NCBI GenBank assembly: GCA_013239625.1
Contig: MU053513.1
Location: 3,150,927 to 3,214,926, forward strand
Length of the DNA: 64,000 nucleotides
Reading direction: 5' to 3'
From: Lama guanicoe
Lineage: Eukaryota
The notes beneath the pieces were generated by a model. The model was given only the letters and a program-made list of their open reading frames with translations. It was not told the origin of the DNA and ran no database searches. Below are positions 37,669-49,975 of this stretch, piece after piece; position 1 is the stretch's first letter; each line of letters opens with the position of its first letter. The translations under genes and the position numbers were made by a program.

Positions 37669-39402
37669 AATATACCTCACAAATATTTCAGGATACAAGT
37701 ACCTTACATCAAGATTTTGCTTCCAAAACATAGGGTAGTGAAATCTTGAGAGCAACTCCTGAAGGAAGCCATTTGTAAAAATTAGCAGTTCCTATAAGCC
37801 TGTCATCTCATCCTTCCCAGAGCTCATTAAGTATCTAGAATACCTTGGAAAAGCACCAAATACCAAATCATGAAAAATGGGAGAAAAAATTCCCAAGGCG
37901 AAAGGATTGTTTCATATCTTCCCAAGCATCTGGTCCTTCATACTAAAATATTTCAGGCAAAATATATTTCACTTATTCAAATAATTCACTGAAAGAAATA
38001 TTAAACAAGAAACAGAGAACAGCAAATAACAAATCTCTTCTGATTTCACTGCCATTGTTCTAAGCCTTCAATAAGATATAAACATTCTTGTACTCAAACT
38101 GCCAGCAAAAATTAAGAATGCATTACTAGTGTTACTAGAAATAATTATTTGGAAGGAAATACTATTTGAGATTTTTTTTTTCAATCATAGAAGAACAAAA
38201 CATGCGGTTAGCATTGCTGGTTCTTTAATAGAAAGAAGCTATTGAAATCAATTAAACCTTTTTTTTTTTTTGTATGAAGGAAACAGCCAACATGCATTGA
38301 ACACAGCCTATTTTGAGAAGTCATAGTTTTCATTTTTTTCTTAAACATATCAGACTTAGGTTTCACAGCTCATAATTAATTCCCAGTGCCCACGTCACCA
38401 TTAATTTTTAATCAAAGCAGAGCTGCTGTGAGTGCTACTGCTGTTTCACCGAGGTTAGTAGGGGGTGGTTTCCAGGCTCAGAAAACTTATTTGTTCTGCA
38501 TAACAGAGACTGATTTCTAAAAGGATGGCCAGATACACCCTGTAATCCCAGCTAATTACCTACAGGTGATGGGGACCAAACTCTGTTTTGATTCAAAAAA
38601 AAAAGAATCTAGTTTCACACATAATTACACATTTACACAGGCTAGGGATTTGGGGCTTCATATTCTTGGCAGTGTTAGACTTAGGAGCTATATAGTGTTA
38701 AAAATATTTCCTCCTTAGTGTACCAAGGGACTCCTCCACAATCTATTTACTATCCTTATGCTCATAAATGTATGTTTACAGGAGCTCCCCAGATAGCAGC
38801 GTTTCATTGTGCAAGGGAGCAAATGTGATTCAAGTTCACAGAACTTTTCTGACATAAGGTCACCAGATGAGGAAATGGTTTCAATGTGGGCTTAGGAAGG
38901 CCCCAGGCAAGCTGTTCTCCAAGTCAACATCAAACAACCCCCGGCAAAACCAGAGAACCAATACTTAGCTTCAAACCAGGTAAGTATTCAAAACAAAACA
39001 CAGTTCTGTCCACTAAGCAGAAACCCTACTGTAAGGAAATTTGTTTTTCTTAGGTTTAATATCTGCGTAAAAGACATAACTTAGTCATTTAAACAAAGAT
39101 ATTGTATGTAATTATATGATATATATAAAGTTCAAATTAATTTCTTTTTTGAAAACAATATCATATATATAAAAATCTAATAAAGTATCTAATAATGAAA
39201 GATTGCCTGGCTAATCTAACTAAATGTAAATAAAAGCCAAACTGTTTTACCACATTTTATGAGATTTATATACATATACACACAGATCCACCTTAAAGAT
39301 GTAGCTATGCATGATAGATATATATGTTAAAGATATCTATACCTTATACGTCATATATATTAAAGTTAACATAAATAGCTTAAAAGATTTTTAAACATCT
39401 TG

Positions 39403-39562
39403 TTTTTTTTTAACTTATTTAATTAATTAATTTATTTATTTATTTATGACAGGGAAAGTAATTAGGTTTACTCATTTATTTTTAGAGGAGGTACTGGGGA
39501 TTGAACCCAGGACCTTATATATGCTAAGCATGCGCTCTACCACTTGAGCTATATCCTACCCC
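39403..39562 (-). mobile_element. tRNA-derived camelid SINE (Vic-1-like)
   Basis: gaggaggtactggggattgaacccaggacc..gctaagcatgcgctctaccacttgagctata. TSD ACATCTTG at 39395-39402 and 39566-39573. Confidence 0.88.
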
Positions 39563-41099
39563 ATGACATCTTGGCTTTTATACACATACACACAGAGATT
39601 TCCTAAGACAAAATGTAAGAATGGTATAAGTGATAACTTCCATTTTTTATTTATTACTCTCCAAATTTTCCAAATTCTTATGATGAATGTGTATTATTTT
39701 TTTTAATATTTTTAGCCTTAAAAGATGTAAGCTACTAACTCCCTCATATGCCAAAGTTGAGGTGTGTTATAAAATAAAGACAACTGGCTCTCAGTAAGCT
39801 ACATAAGTAAAACTTAATCCTAACTCCCACTATCAAACCCTCCATAACACAGCAGTAAACATTCAATAAATGACTTATAAGGGCCCATACAATGGACGCA
39901 CCTTTCCAAAGACTCCAGGAGCAATCTAGATGAGTAACTGAGTTCAATAAAGACAGTATGGAAGAGATTTAATGTAGAGACCACTCCATGGAATCGTGTG
40001 GTTCTAAATTAAGTTTAGCATTCAATGCAACTTCAGTATAATTGCATCTTCAAATAACATTGATTGTAAAGCATTATAAATTCAGGGTTCATTAAACAAA
40101 ATGCCCAGTTCTAATCCATCACTCTCAACCCTCCCTCCCCACCATGTCAGATAGCTGGGTCACTCTATGCATGGACATGCCGTTAGATATGAAGGGCATT
40201 GAAAATCCCAGTTTAAAATATCACCTCCACTATCCTGTCAGAATACCTGTATTTCCTACTATTCCAGAATCTATGCAAAGAACTAACTTTTTTTTTTAAC
40301 AGTTGGGAATAAAGGCAGATCAGTTACTAGAATGAGTGAACAAAGTTGACAAATGCGGAAAAGTAGGAAAGGAGGGCATAAACCAAGGTGGATAGAGCAG
40401 TACCTAAGTGTAGGGAATAGTATGGACAGTGATCACAATGAGGATGTTATGGCCTGGGAAAGCCTCAGAATAACTGTCTTGCCTACTGCACCACCTATAA
40501 TCCCACTGAACACCCAGAATGTCGACCCTGTGATTCAATCTATAGCTGATTGTGCTGGGCTGGACATCTAACTAAGGGCAGTCAGTAACATGTCAGTAAC
40601 ATATGACATGGCTCAAAATGACAACCAAACCAACTAAGTGCTTTTTCAACTGTTTATATTAAGGATATCCTTGGCAAGGATGATATATTGCAAATACACT
40701 GATGGATTTATCCCTGCACTTCCTTGTTTGTGTCCTTGTCTTTACTCATAAGAGACATTTGTAGTGCCTCAAGGAGAATTAGTATTGTTAAAGCAAAAAT
40801 GCAAATAGAGAGGCAGAACTTTTCAATTTGTCTGTATCCTTTAGTTAAATCCCCTTTTTCTAAAGAAATGCCAGATAAGTAACTTTATTCCTTGCTATTA
40901 AAATCGCTGAACTATAACATGGGATAAGATACTACTTGAGTATCTTCTGTAGGACTAGGCAAGGGGCTAGGATTTCTGAATATCATCAACAATCATAACC
41001 AACACTTGTCGAGTACTTTTCCAAATGCCAGGCAGAGTATTGTTTCACTTAAGGCATGCAACCCTATGAAGATGGTGCAATTTCACAGATGCAGTTTGC

Positions 41100-42100
41100 A
41101 AGTGGTCTCCGGGAAAGACATGATCGGCCTACCGAGCATCCATCATCACTGTCCTCTTTCTAACACTACTCCATTGTATTCCAGCCCACACTTCAGAAAA
41201 GGCTTCTGATGCATCTAAAGATAACTCCATCCCCCCTCCCCTTGCCCCGCAACACAGTAATTGGTACCAGGCCCATGACAATTAGCACATGGTGTTGCCT
41301 CGAACACAAGGACTGGTTCAAGAATAAGAATATGATCTCATCTGGGCCAGTGAGACACAGACGAGGTTGACTTAGGGTTCCTGCAAAAGAATCTCCTCAC
41401 TTGTAAGAGGCAGCCCTTGTAAGAGATGCTCCCTCTTTCTCTGATCATAAGCTTGGAACTAGAGGAGGTTTTTGCCATGGTATCAGGACAATTTTTGGCA
41501 ACAAACAGGTTACCCAACTAAGACTGGCTTACAAATTAGGAAAACTTGTTGTGATACAAACAGAAGGCCTATAGGTAAATAGAGAGCTTTGAGTTAATTT
41601 CATGGCTAAGCCATGTCCTGGAAAAAAAAAAAAAGGGTTTTCCTACCATTCTTCTCTTAGCATGTTGATTTTATACTTGCATGTGTCTCCTTATGATGTC
41701 TGAACTATTCTGGGTATCACAGGTAGATTCCTTAGTTCTCACTGGACATGGTTACATCACATGCCCATTACTAGACCAGTCTTAAGCAAGAACAGAATTA
41801 CCATGTTTGATTTGGCTAATTAATATTCCCCTTTGGGCTCTGGAGAGTCAAACTTCCCTGAATATAGAAAAATAAATGCTTGGCAAAATCTGAGTTCTCT
41901 TGGAAAAGATAGAAGTCTGGTGTATACACAGTCACTGAGTGGGGAACCAGCCTGGTGAAAAAGCAAAAGGAAATTACACTGACCTCCTGAGGCGGGGAAA
42001 TATGGGGGAAAAGAGCCAGAGCCACTGGATTAAGCCAACCCCGAAGGCCACCCTGCTTTGACTTTCCAGTTATGTCAGTACATTTTCTTTTTGTTTAAGC
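41100..42100. mobile_element. Old MLT1/ERVL LTR fragments
   Basis: caaggactggttcaag..tatgatctcatctgggccagtgag; ggttacatcacatgcccattactagaccagtc; gactttccagttatg..ttgtttaagc. Confidence 0.55.
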
Positions 42101-42106
42101 TTGTTG

Positions 42107-42584
42107 TGTTGAGAAGTGGAGCTGTTGTATTGAATTAAGAAAATGCAGAATACGGTGCTGAATGAGGGGGCACAAGCCACCCACGTGGGGTCAGCAGGCA
42201 GCTCCCTCAGCATCTGAGCTGCCACTTTGCACAAGTGAAACCTACCAGGTCATTTTGATTGAAAGCTCAGTTTCAACACACCCTCACAAAGAATGTAGAA
42301 TCACAAGATTTAGTACTTACAGATCCCAGAAGCGGGCAAGGGGCAAGGGTGCACGGCAGTGTTCCACCCCAGGTCACGAGCAAGCAGGAGATAAAGAGCA
42401 GGGTAGCAAGCACCTGTTACTTACAGGGTGGTTGGAGTGGGTCACTAACTTTTCCGTGGCTTATCTCTAAGTGGTTATTTTAAAAGGTGCCTTGGGAAAA
42501 GCAGAGTGGGAACTTATGTAGAAAACCCTAAACTCGAGTCCTTATCTAAATGTTCAGACTCTAAGTATGAGCAGGACTATCACA
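42107..42584 (-). mobile_element. ERVL solo LTR (MER54/MER73/MER74 group-like) nested in an older LTR
   Basis: TG..CA-bounded block of about 480 bp with the motif atttagtacttacagatccc. The host LTR 3' end (ttcttgcaacccaaagcatc) resumes at about 42660. Confidence 0.6.
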
Positions 42585-43789
42585 GTGTAAAATGCCTTGG
42601 TAGCAACTCAGAAAAACAAAGGTCGTTTCTCTCATCACACTTTTGAGAGTCAGCTTTTCCATTTCTTGCAACCCAAAGCATCTCAAGTGGTACAGCAGGA
42701 GAGGAAGGGTTCAAGCATCTGGGTCCCGATGCCATAGTCTAGACCTCAACCACTATGCCACACCACATCTCCAGAACCTACATGAGCAATGAGGGAGGGG
42801 CCAGTTGACTTGACTGGCTTCATTACTAGTATCCCTCCAAATTCTCTCCTTCAGGTTATAACGGGGTCTGAGGACCAGCCAGTCGTGGGCAGGTATGAAT
42901 TTCCGGGCCCCCTTCTCTCAGTTTCAGATCTTGCTCCAGTCTCCCTCACTAGCTTTTCCTCTTTGCTGCCTCTCTCTTCCCATTTCTTTCCTCATGTTTC
43001 CTGGTATCATCTGTACCTAAGTCAGGCTTTCGTTTGGGGAAATCTAAAATAAAATATTCAAGGAGTGATAAGAATAATCAAGAAAAACAAAGCAGAGGGA
43101 TTTGGTGGAAAGGAAGACAGTAAGCCATTTTCTCATATCACTGGGGAAAATTTGAGAAGGTCTTGATATCAGTAGGCTATGGTGAGAAAGAAAAAGTGAT
43201 GCAATTCAATTTTATTCAATCTATTCAGCCAGAATATATTGAACACTTATTCGGGGCCAGACACTTTTACTAAGCTCTGGGAATATAATAGTGAGCAAAA
43301 CTGATAATCTCTGCCTTTCTGGGGCTTGCAATCTTGTCTGGAAGACAGACATTGACAAAATAATCACACAAATAAATATAAATATAATTCCCATGGAGGA
43401 GAGGTATAGGGTGTACAGTTTAAAAGAGAAGTTATTGCAAGATGCAGTGGGACAATGGGCTAAAAGTAGCAAAAGATAAAGATGATTTTAATTACCTTGC
43501 AGGGAGAAGAGAATCCAAACAGTGTCACCTGCCTGCTCGGGCACTGTCTAGTAACCAGAAGCATATTAAAAGGAAAAACAATCCGTTAGGATATATACCA
43601 GCCAGATAATCTGATTAAACTCACACATTTGTCTAGCTCTTTCACATAGGTACTAAGGAGCTTCCACCCCTATATAATTAGGAAACATTAAAATGAACAG
43701 GGAATCTAAAATCTTCCAGATTGAGAGTGGAATCTCATCCTCACATAGCTGGGAAATTTGTCAGCACCCTCACTGGAGAGAAAATTGAG

Positions 43790-44270
43790 ATTTTTAAATT
43801 TGTTTTCTTTTTAACATATTATACAATTTCAGATAAAAAGTTATAAAAATAATAGAGTGAAGATTCATGAACTTGTTATTCAATATAAGAAATAAAATAT
43901 TTCCAATATAACTTAAAGCATAAAGTACCATAAGCCTCTCCTTCCAATCACATTCCCTTTCCTACTACACAGAGGTAACAATTATCCTAAATGCAATAAT
44001 TATCATCACCATAAGTTTTTAAATACTTACTATGTAAATGTATGTATCCCTAGAGAGTAATCTATACTTTATATATATACTTTATATTAAAATACTTTTG
44101 TTGCACATATTCTGCAATCTGTTTTTTCTGTTCATAGTTATAAATGTGTAATCTATTATGTGAATGTATGTTGATTCTGATTGTTAGTTTTCACTGCTAT
44201 ATAATATTTCAATGTATTCATTCATTCTCCTACTTGTGAAAATTTAGTGTGTCTCAATTTGAATCTTATC
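43790..44270 (-). mobile_element. Old L1ME-like 3' fragment
   Basis: cagaggtaacaattat; ttctgcaatctgttttt; ttcactgctatataatatttc; ttcattcattctcct. Confidence 0.6.
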
Positions 44271-44964
44271 CATAAGCACAGCATGTTTCTCCTCTTAAAA
44301 ATAACTGAATTTTTAACTTCTTCAAACTTGCTTCAAAAACATTCTGTGGATTTTGCATGATGTCATAGAATGAGTACTCAACTGGTGTGTCAGAAGTCTA
44401 GCACTGAAATCCTTAGTGCTTTATGTGTTACATATGTGTGGATATTTGGTCTGAGTGTAATTTAAATGGATCTGGGGAGTACATCTCTGAAAAGATTTTT
44501 TCTATAACATCCTTAAATATTGTTTCATTATTATCACTGAAATTATAGTAGCATGCAAGCATGATTACCCTGTAGACACAGGAGAGGAAATGTTATAAGC
44601 CTTTGTTCCTGTGTGGATATAAAGACATGTCAGAAAGGGCTATCATTATTTGAATTCATGACATATCTTTCTTCTAAAAGTACTTTAAAACTATATAATT
44701 TAATTTATCCTGAAAGCTGTCCTGAGAAATAGAGGCACTTTTAGCCCAATTTAATAAGTGACACTGAAGTTTGCTGGATCACCCCAGATCACAGAGACTA
44801 GCTTTGATTCTTGCTCAGAATGGCATATACTCAAATTAAGCTGTCTCATACTGCTTTCATCTGTGATAGAATAGTTAAAGCCCATATTATTTTAAGTTCT
44901 GGCACTAGAAAAGCTATTTCAGCCACTGAATCAACCAAGGCTCAAAATCCCCTTGGACAGTTTT

Positions 44965-45530
44965 ATCAGTCACAGTCCATTTGGCTGGCAGTAAAAGGAA
45001 CCCAATAGTATAACAATAGGAGAATTTACTGTCTCACAAAGGAAGAAGTCTAGAGGTAGTTAGTTGATTCAGTGGCTTATCACTGACATCAAAGACCCAG
45101 GTTCTTTCCAATTTCTCTGTGCCTTTCTCAGTGTCAGCATCATCCTCAGGATGGTACCAAAATGGCTGCAGCTGTTCCACGCATCACATCCAGATACAAC
45201 AACATTCAGAGAAATAGGGAAATATATCATCTTACAACTCACTCTCAGGAATGCTCCTCAGAAGCCCTCTCCCACCCTCACCCATCAGACCTTGCCTCTG
45301 GTTTCACTGGTTTCAGTCATTCACAGCTGAGTCACATGTCTATCACTGAACCAAATATTAAGAAGGTTAATTATTAATCTTTATATTTACTGATATTTCA
45401 GCCAATTGGACCCACTCTTAGTGCTGGGTTTGAGGTCAGCTTCTCCCAAAACGCATGACTACATGAGAGAGGAGGAAATACCCAAACAAAATCCAGGTTC
45501 TGATAGAAAGGGACAAGAGGCAAGGATCCA
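44965..45530 (-). mobile_element. MLT1-type LTR (old)
   Basis: aagaagtctagaggtag; catcaaagacccaggttctttc; aaatggctgcagctgttcc..catcacatcc; gagtcacatgtc. Confidence 0.7.
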
Positions 45531-45719
45531 GGCTAGGCAACTAACATTGCCCAAGAAGCCAGTTACCTTCAAACCCCCATCTATATACTTAGGACAGATT
45601 TCAAATACCAGGAAAGTGAATTCTAGCTCTGCTTTAGTCCCATGAAAGATTTTTACAAAATCCCCAAGGAACTACCCTACCTAAAACCCCTGAACCCTAT
45701 TGACTTCTGACCCACAGCT

Positions 45720-46050
45720 GTTGTGGTCCAGTGGTAGCGTCTCCCCAAAATTCATATGTTGAAAACCTAATGCCCGGTGTGAAGGTATTAGGAGGTGGGG
45801 TCTTTGGGAAGTGATTAATGCCCTTACAAAAGAGGTGCCAGAGAGGTTCCTAGCCCCTTCCATCATGTGAGGACACAGAGAGAAGGCACCATTTATGAAC
45901 CAGAAAGCAGGGTTTCACCAGACATTGAATCTGCCAGCACCTCGATCCTGGACTTCCAGCCTCAAGAACCATAAGAAATAAATTTCTACTGTTTATAAGT
46001 AACCCAGTCTCTGATTTTGTGTTATAGCAGCTTAAACAGACTAAGACAAC
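45720..46050 (+). mobile_element. MLT1A-like MaLR LTR
   Basis: tccccaaaattcatatgttgaaaacctaa; aatctgccagcacctcgatcctggacttccagcctc; ttgtgttatagcagcttaaacagactaagaca. Confidence 0.85.
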
Positions 46051-46174
46051 AGCTTTACTCAGCAAAGGTAGTCATCAGTATTTGGTTATCATGGTCTAAA
46101 ATAAAGAGCTATCTGAGAGGCTGTCTCCTGGGCTCAAAGTCCTCGGAAAGTCTGCTGAATAAAACATAACCCTC

Positions 46175-46361
46175 AACAAGGTCCCACTGTACGGCACAGG
46201 GAACTATATTCAATAGCTTGTAATAACCTACAATGAAAAAGAATATGTGTATGTATAATTGAATCACTCTGCTGTACACCAGAAACTAACACAAAACTCT
46301 GTAACCCTGTAAATCAACTATACTTCAATAAAAAAAATTAAAAACCATAAAAATAAATAAA
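46175..46361 (+). mobile_element. Short artiodactyl L1 3' end with A-rich tail (fused to an LTR-like fragment, see findings)
   Basis: aacaaggtcccactgtacggcacagggaactatattcaa..gctgtacaccagaaactaacac..aaatcaactatacttcaataaaaaa. Confidence 0.85.
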
Positions 46362-49224
46362 TAAAATGAAGAGGAATCTGAGTCTGAGTTGAATAACACT
46401 GTTTAATATCCTGTTTAGCGGCAATCTGATTTGGGGACTTGAGTACATTAAATCTAATGTTAAATGGCAGACTAATATCCAACATTTGCTTGAAGAACTC
46501 TTTAATGTTCAATGTAAATTTTAAAGTGCATGGAATTAAATTAAATTAAATTTGAAACACTTCCGTCATTCTTCTCCCTCCTATCTTGCAAGTACAAACT
46601 ATTTTAGTCACCAGACCATCTTAGAAAAACTAAATCAGACTTCAAGTTGGTATTTTAGATTAACCTGAAGATTAGCTATCTTTTTTGAGTGACAGCTAGG
46701 CGTTTGTCATATGCTATAGATAGAACACATCCAGATTGCAGGGAATTTTCCTGATCTAATAGTTTGCATATACTATGGGTTTTTTTTAATTCCCATATTC
46801 TTAAAAATAAGTGAATTTTTAAATACTGCCAATATATGTGAAGATACCAGTCCAATTTAGACAGAAATTTAAAAGACTTTCTCCATTTGAGTGAGGCAAC
46901 TGTCAAAAATAAGAAGATATCTGGAAAATCTAATGATGAGGTTCTGGGCAGGTATAATCTTCTCACCTGCTTCCACTGCCAGATTTAGATGCCTGATAAC
47001 TAACCTATAACTTGGATCTTTAAATTATAAGGGACTTTCAAAACTGCAAGCGTTTTCTAATAAAAGAAAGCTTCTGATGTTCATGCAAGTCTACATCAAT
47101 TTCTTCTAACCCTGTGATAAGCCTGAATGAAGCTCAGCGATAGGCAGTGTGCTCTTACACCCTTTCCAGATTTCGTGAATTCTTCAAAGTTTATTTGAAA
47201 ATACACACAATCTCCTCACAGTGCTTTAGCATCAGCTCAAGGAAAGTTCTGCTTTCACCCTGAAAGAATTTAAACATGTATTTCTTTCAAATTTTACTCT
47301 GTTTAAGAATTCAGCAGTATTCTTATGTCTATAGGAAGAAATATCCTTGGACTTCAAGAAATGAAGCCTACAGATTTCATCAAAGTGCATGGAAATTGGC
47401 CTTTTGAAAGCTGTCACTTTGCTTTCTTCTGGAATATTTGGAAAAGGGACACCTGATTGGGAGAGCCAAGTGAAGTTACTAGATAAGGCTCCAATACATT
47501 AAAGGAGAATGTCAATGACCCCCAAAGCCTGGAATATTATTTTCAGCCATTTTACTGGTTAATTCTTATGTTTCCTTTTGCATTCAACCATTTTCCCCCC
47601 TGCATTTTCCTCCCATTTCACATCTTTCCAAAACTAAATCCTGTGCTGTCAGTAGCAGAAAGTGGTATGAGAAAAATACACCATGCACCCTTCATGATAG
47701 TGGAAGGAAGGGAAAGACTGACATATAAGGCACTTGGGGAGTGGAGACAGAGATCAGGAGGCAGAGAGGTTGCCTGGAATCTCCTCTCTCTCCTTCCCAT
47801 TTCCTCAGCTGCCAACCATTCTCTTGTTTTCCACCATCTCTTTCCCCTCCATTTTTCTCCCCTTTTTTCCCCTTCTTCATCTCTGAAACACAGAAAAACA
47901 TTTTTTTAAATTTCATGCAGTTAGAAGAAAAGATAATGACTCTGTCTGTGTCAGTGTTTGCAGTCTGTCCATGCAGAGCAGCTCTTTCTCCCTCCCCATC
48001 CCCATCCCCATCCCCACCAGCTCCCAGGGAGGATAAGAGCTGCCTATTGGTCACTAGATTTCACATGTACTTGTTAGAAAAAACTTAAACAAAAAACACA
48101 GGATTAAAGAAGACCTTGAAAGAGAAGGGGAGTCAAAAGCCCCACCTGGCTGGACTTGGCAGCAGTTTGAGGTTAAGAGTTGAGTGCAAGGGGTATGGAG
48201 AGGGTTAGGGGGAAGGAAGATATACAAGTTCTATGGGCATTGGAATCTTGTCCACTCTGGAACCATGCATGGCACATAGGAGACATTTAATAAATATTTT
48301 TGAGTTAATTAAACACAAGAGGAATGAAGACAAAAATTTAAAGTATATATAGTCAGAGTTACAAATTAGATCTCTTCATAGATTTTCTGAGTCTCCAATA
48401 AAGACTTGAATTGCTTTTAACTAGATTTGTCTGATGGATTGAAGTTTTTTCTATAAGATTCCTTGACCTGGCTTCTGCTCCAGGTACATATCCACCTTGT
48501 CATCTACAGGCCTCTGTCAGGAGGCTGACGTCATGTATTAAGCTGCAGAGCTGGGGTCAGAATTAGGTTTATGACTGATGTGGATGGGCATCTCGATGAC
48601 AGGTTAAATTTGCTTTTTACGTGTAAAGATGTTTCCCCAAGAAAACCACAGAATCCTTACCACTTTAACCTATTATTTTAGAGGATCAATAGTGTCAAAT
48701 ACATTATTTTGCAAGTGAAGCAGTGGGATGAAGGTGAAAATAGGGGAAATGTATTTATACTTTGAAGAATAATAGTTGAACAGCTGTTGGGTGCTAGGTG
48801 TCATACTAGGTATGATACAAGGAAATGTGGTTAGGGCATAAGAAAATCAGAAATTATTATTTAAATTAGGGGCATGGTAAATGCATTTCTATCCTTATAA
48901 AGATGTAAGTCAAAAATTACATGAGGAGGTTCCCTTATAAAACTAAGGACTAGGTGGCTGGAGCCTAGATTTAGAAATCTCACCAGTCTTCCAGTATAGG
49001 GGTCACGTGACCCTCCTCCTGGGAATGCTAACTCCCTTCTTTTCGGAAACTTCTTTCTCCCCGACTTCACAGAGGTAAAGGTTCTGATCAGGGCAGCATG
49101 TGGTAGGATTCTCTTGGCCACAGCTGATGAGTGCGAAGCTGAGCACATGACCCAAACCAGGCAAGGACACTGCTAGAGGCTTTGTTTCCCACCAAGTGGA
49201 GGAAGTCAGTTAAAAAAAGTATTT

Positions 49225-49975
49225 TTTGCATTTTTTAACACATACCTTACCTCACATATTTACTCTTTCTTTTTGGTGAGAACATTTAAATTCTATTGTC
49301 TTAGCACATTTAAAGTATGCAACACAGTGTTGTCAACTACAATTGACATGTTATACATTAGATCCTCAGATCTTATTTATCTTATAAGTCAAAGTTTACA
49401 CCCTTTCACCAACCTCTCCCTACTTACCTCACCCTCGCCCCAGGCCCCGGCAACCACTTTCCTCTTCTATGAGTTTGCCCTTTTTTTAGATTCCACATAT
49501 AAGTGATACCATGCAGTATTTTGTCTTTCTCTGTTGGCTTATTTCACTTAACATAATGCCCTCCAGGTTCATCCACATTGTTGCAAATGACAGGATTTCC
49601 TTTTTTTTTTTAAGGCTGAATGATATTCCACTGTGTGTTTGTGTGTATATATGTATATATATACACATATATACACACACATACACATTTTCTTGATCCA
49701 TTCATTCACTAATGGACACTTAGGTTGTTTCCATATCTTGGCTTACTGTGAATAATGCTGCAATGAGCATGGGAGTGCAAATAGCCCTTCAAGATAATGG
49801 TCTCATTTACTTTAGATATAAGCCCAGAAGTTGGATTGCTGAATCATATAGTAGTTGTGCTTTTAATTTCTTGAGGAACCTTCATACTATTTTCCATTTG
49901 TGACTATACCAGTTGTCATTCTCACCAACAGTGTACAAGGGCTCCTTTTTCTCCATATTCTTACCAGCACCTGTT
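49225..49975 (-). mobile_element. L1MA-like 3' fragment splitting an LTR16/LTR33-like LTR (about 48990-49210 and 49975-50175)
   Basis: Antisense L1 text very similar to 1300-2010. Minus-strand ORF 49486..49701 contains EILSFATMWMNLEGIMLSEISQ (L1 ORF2 end). LTR-like 3' end at about 50130-50175. Confidence 0.85.

Noticed and set aside
47568..48088. Overlapping 113-120 aa ORFs
   Set aside because: Low-complexity purine/pyrimidine-skewed sequence with no homology or exon structure.
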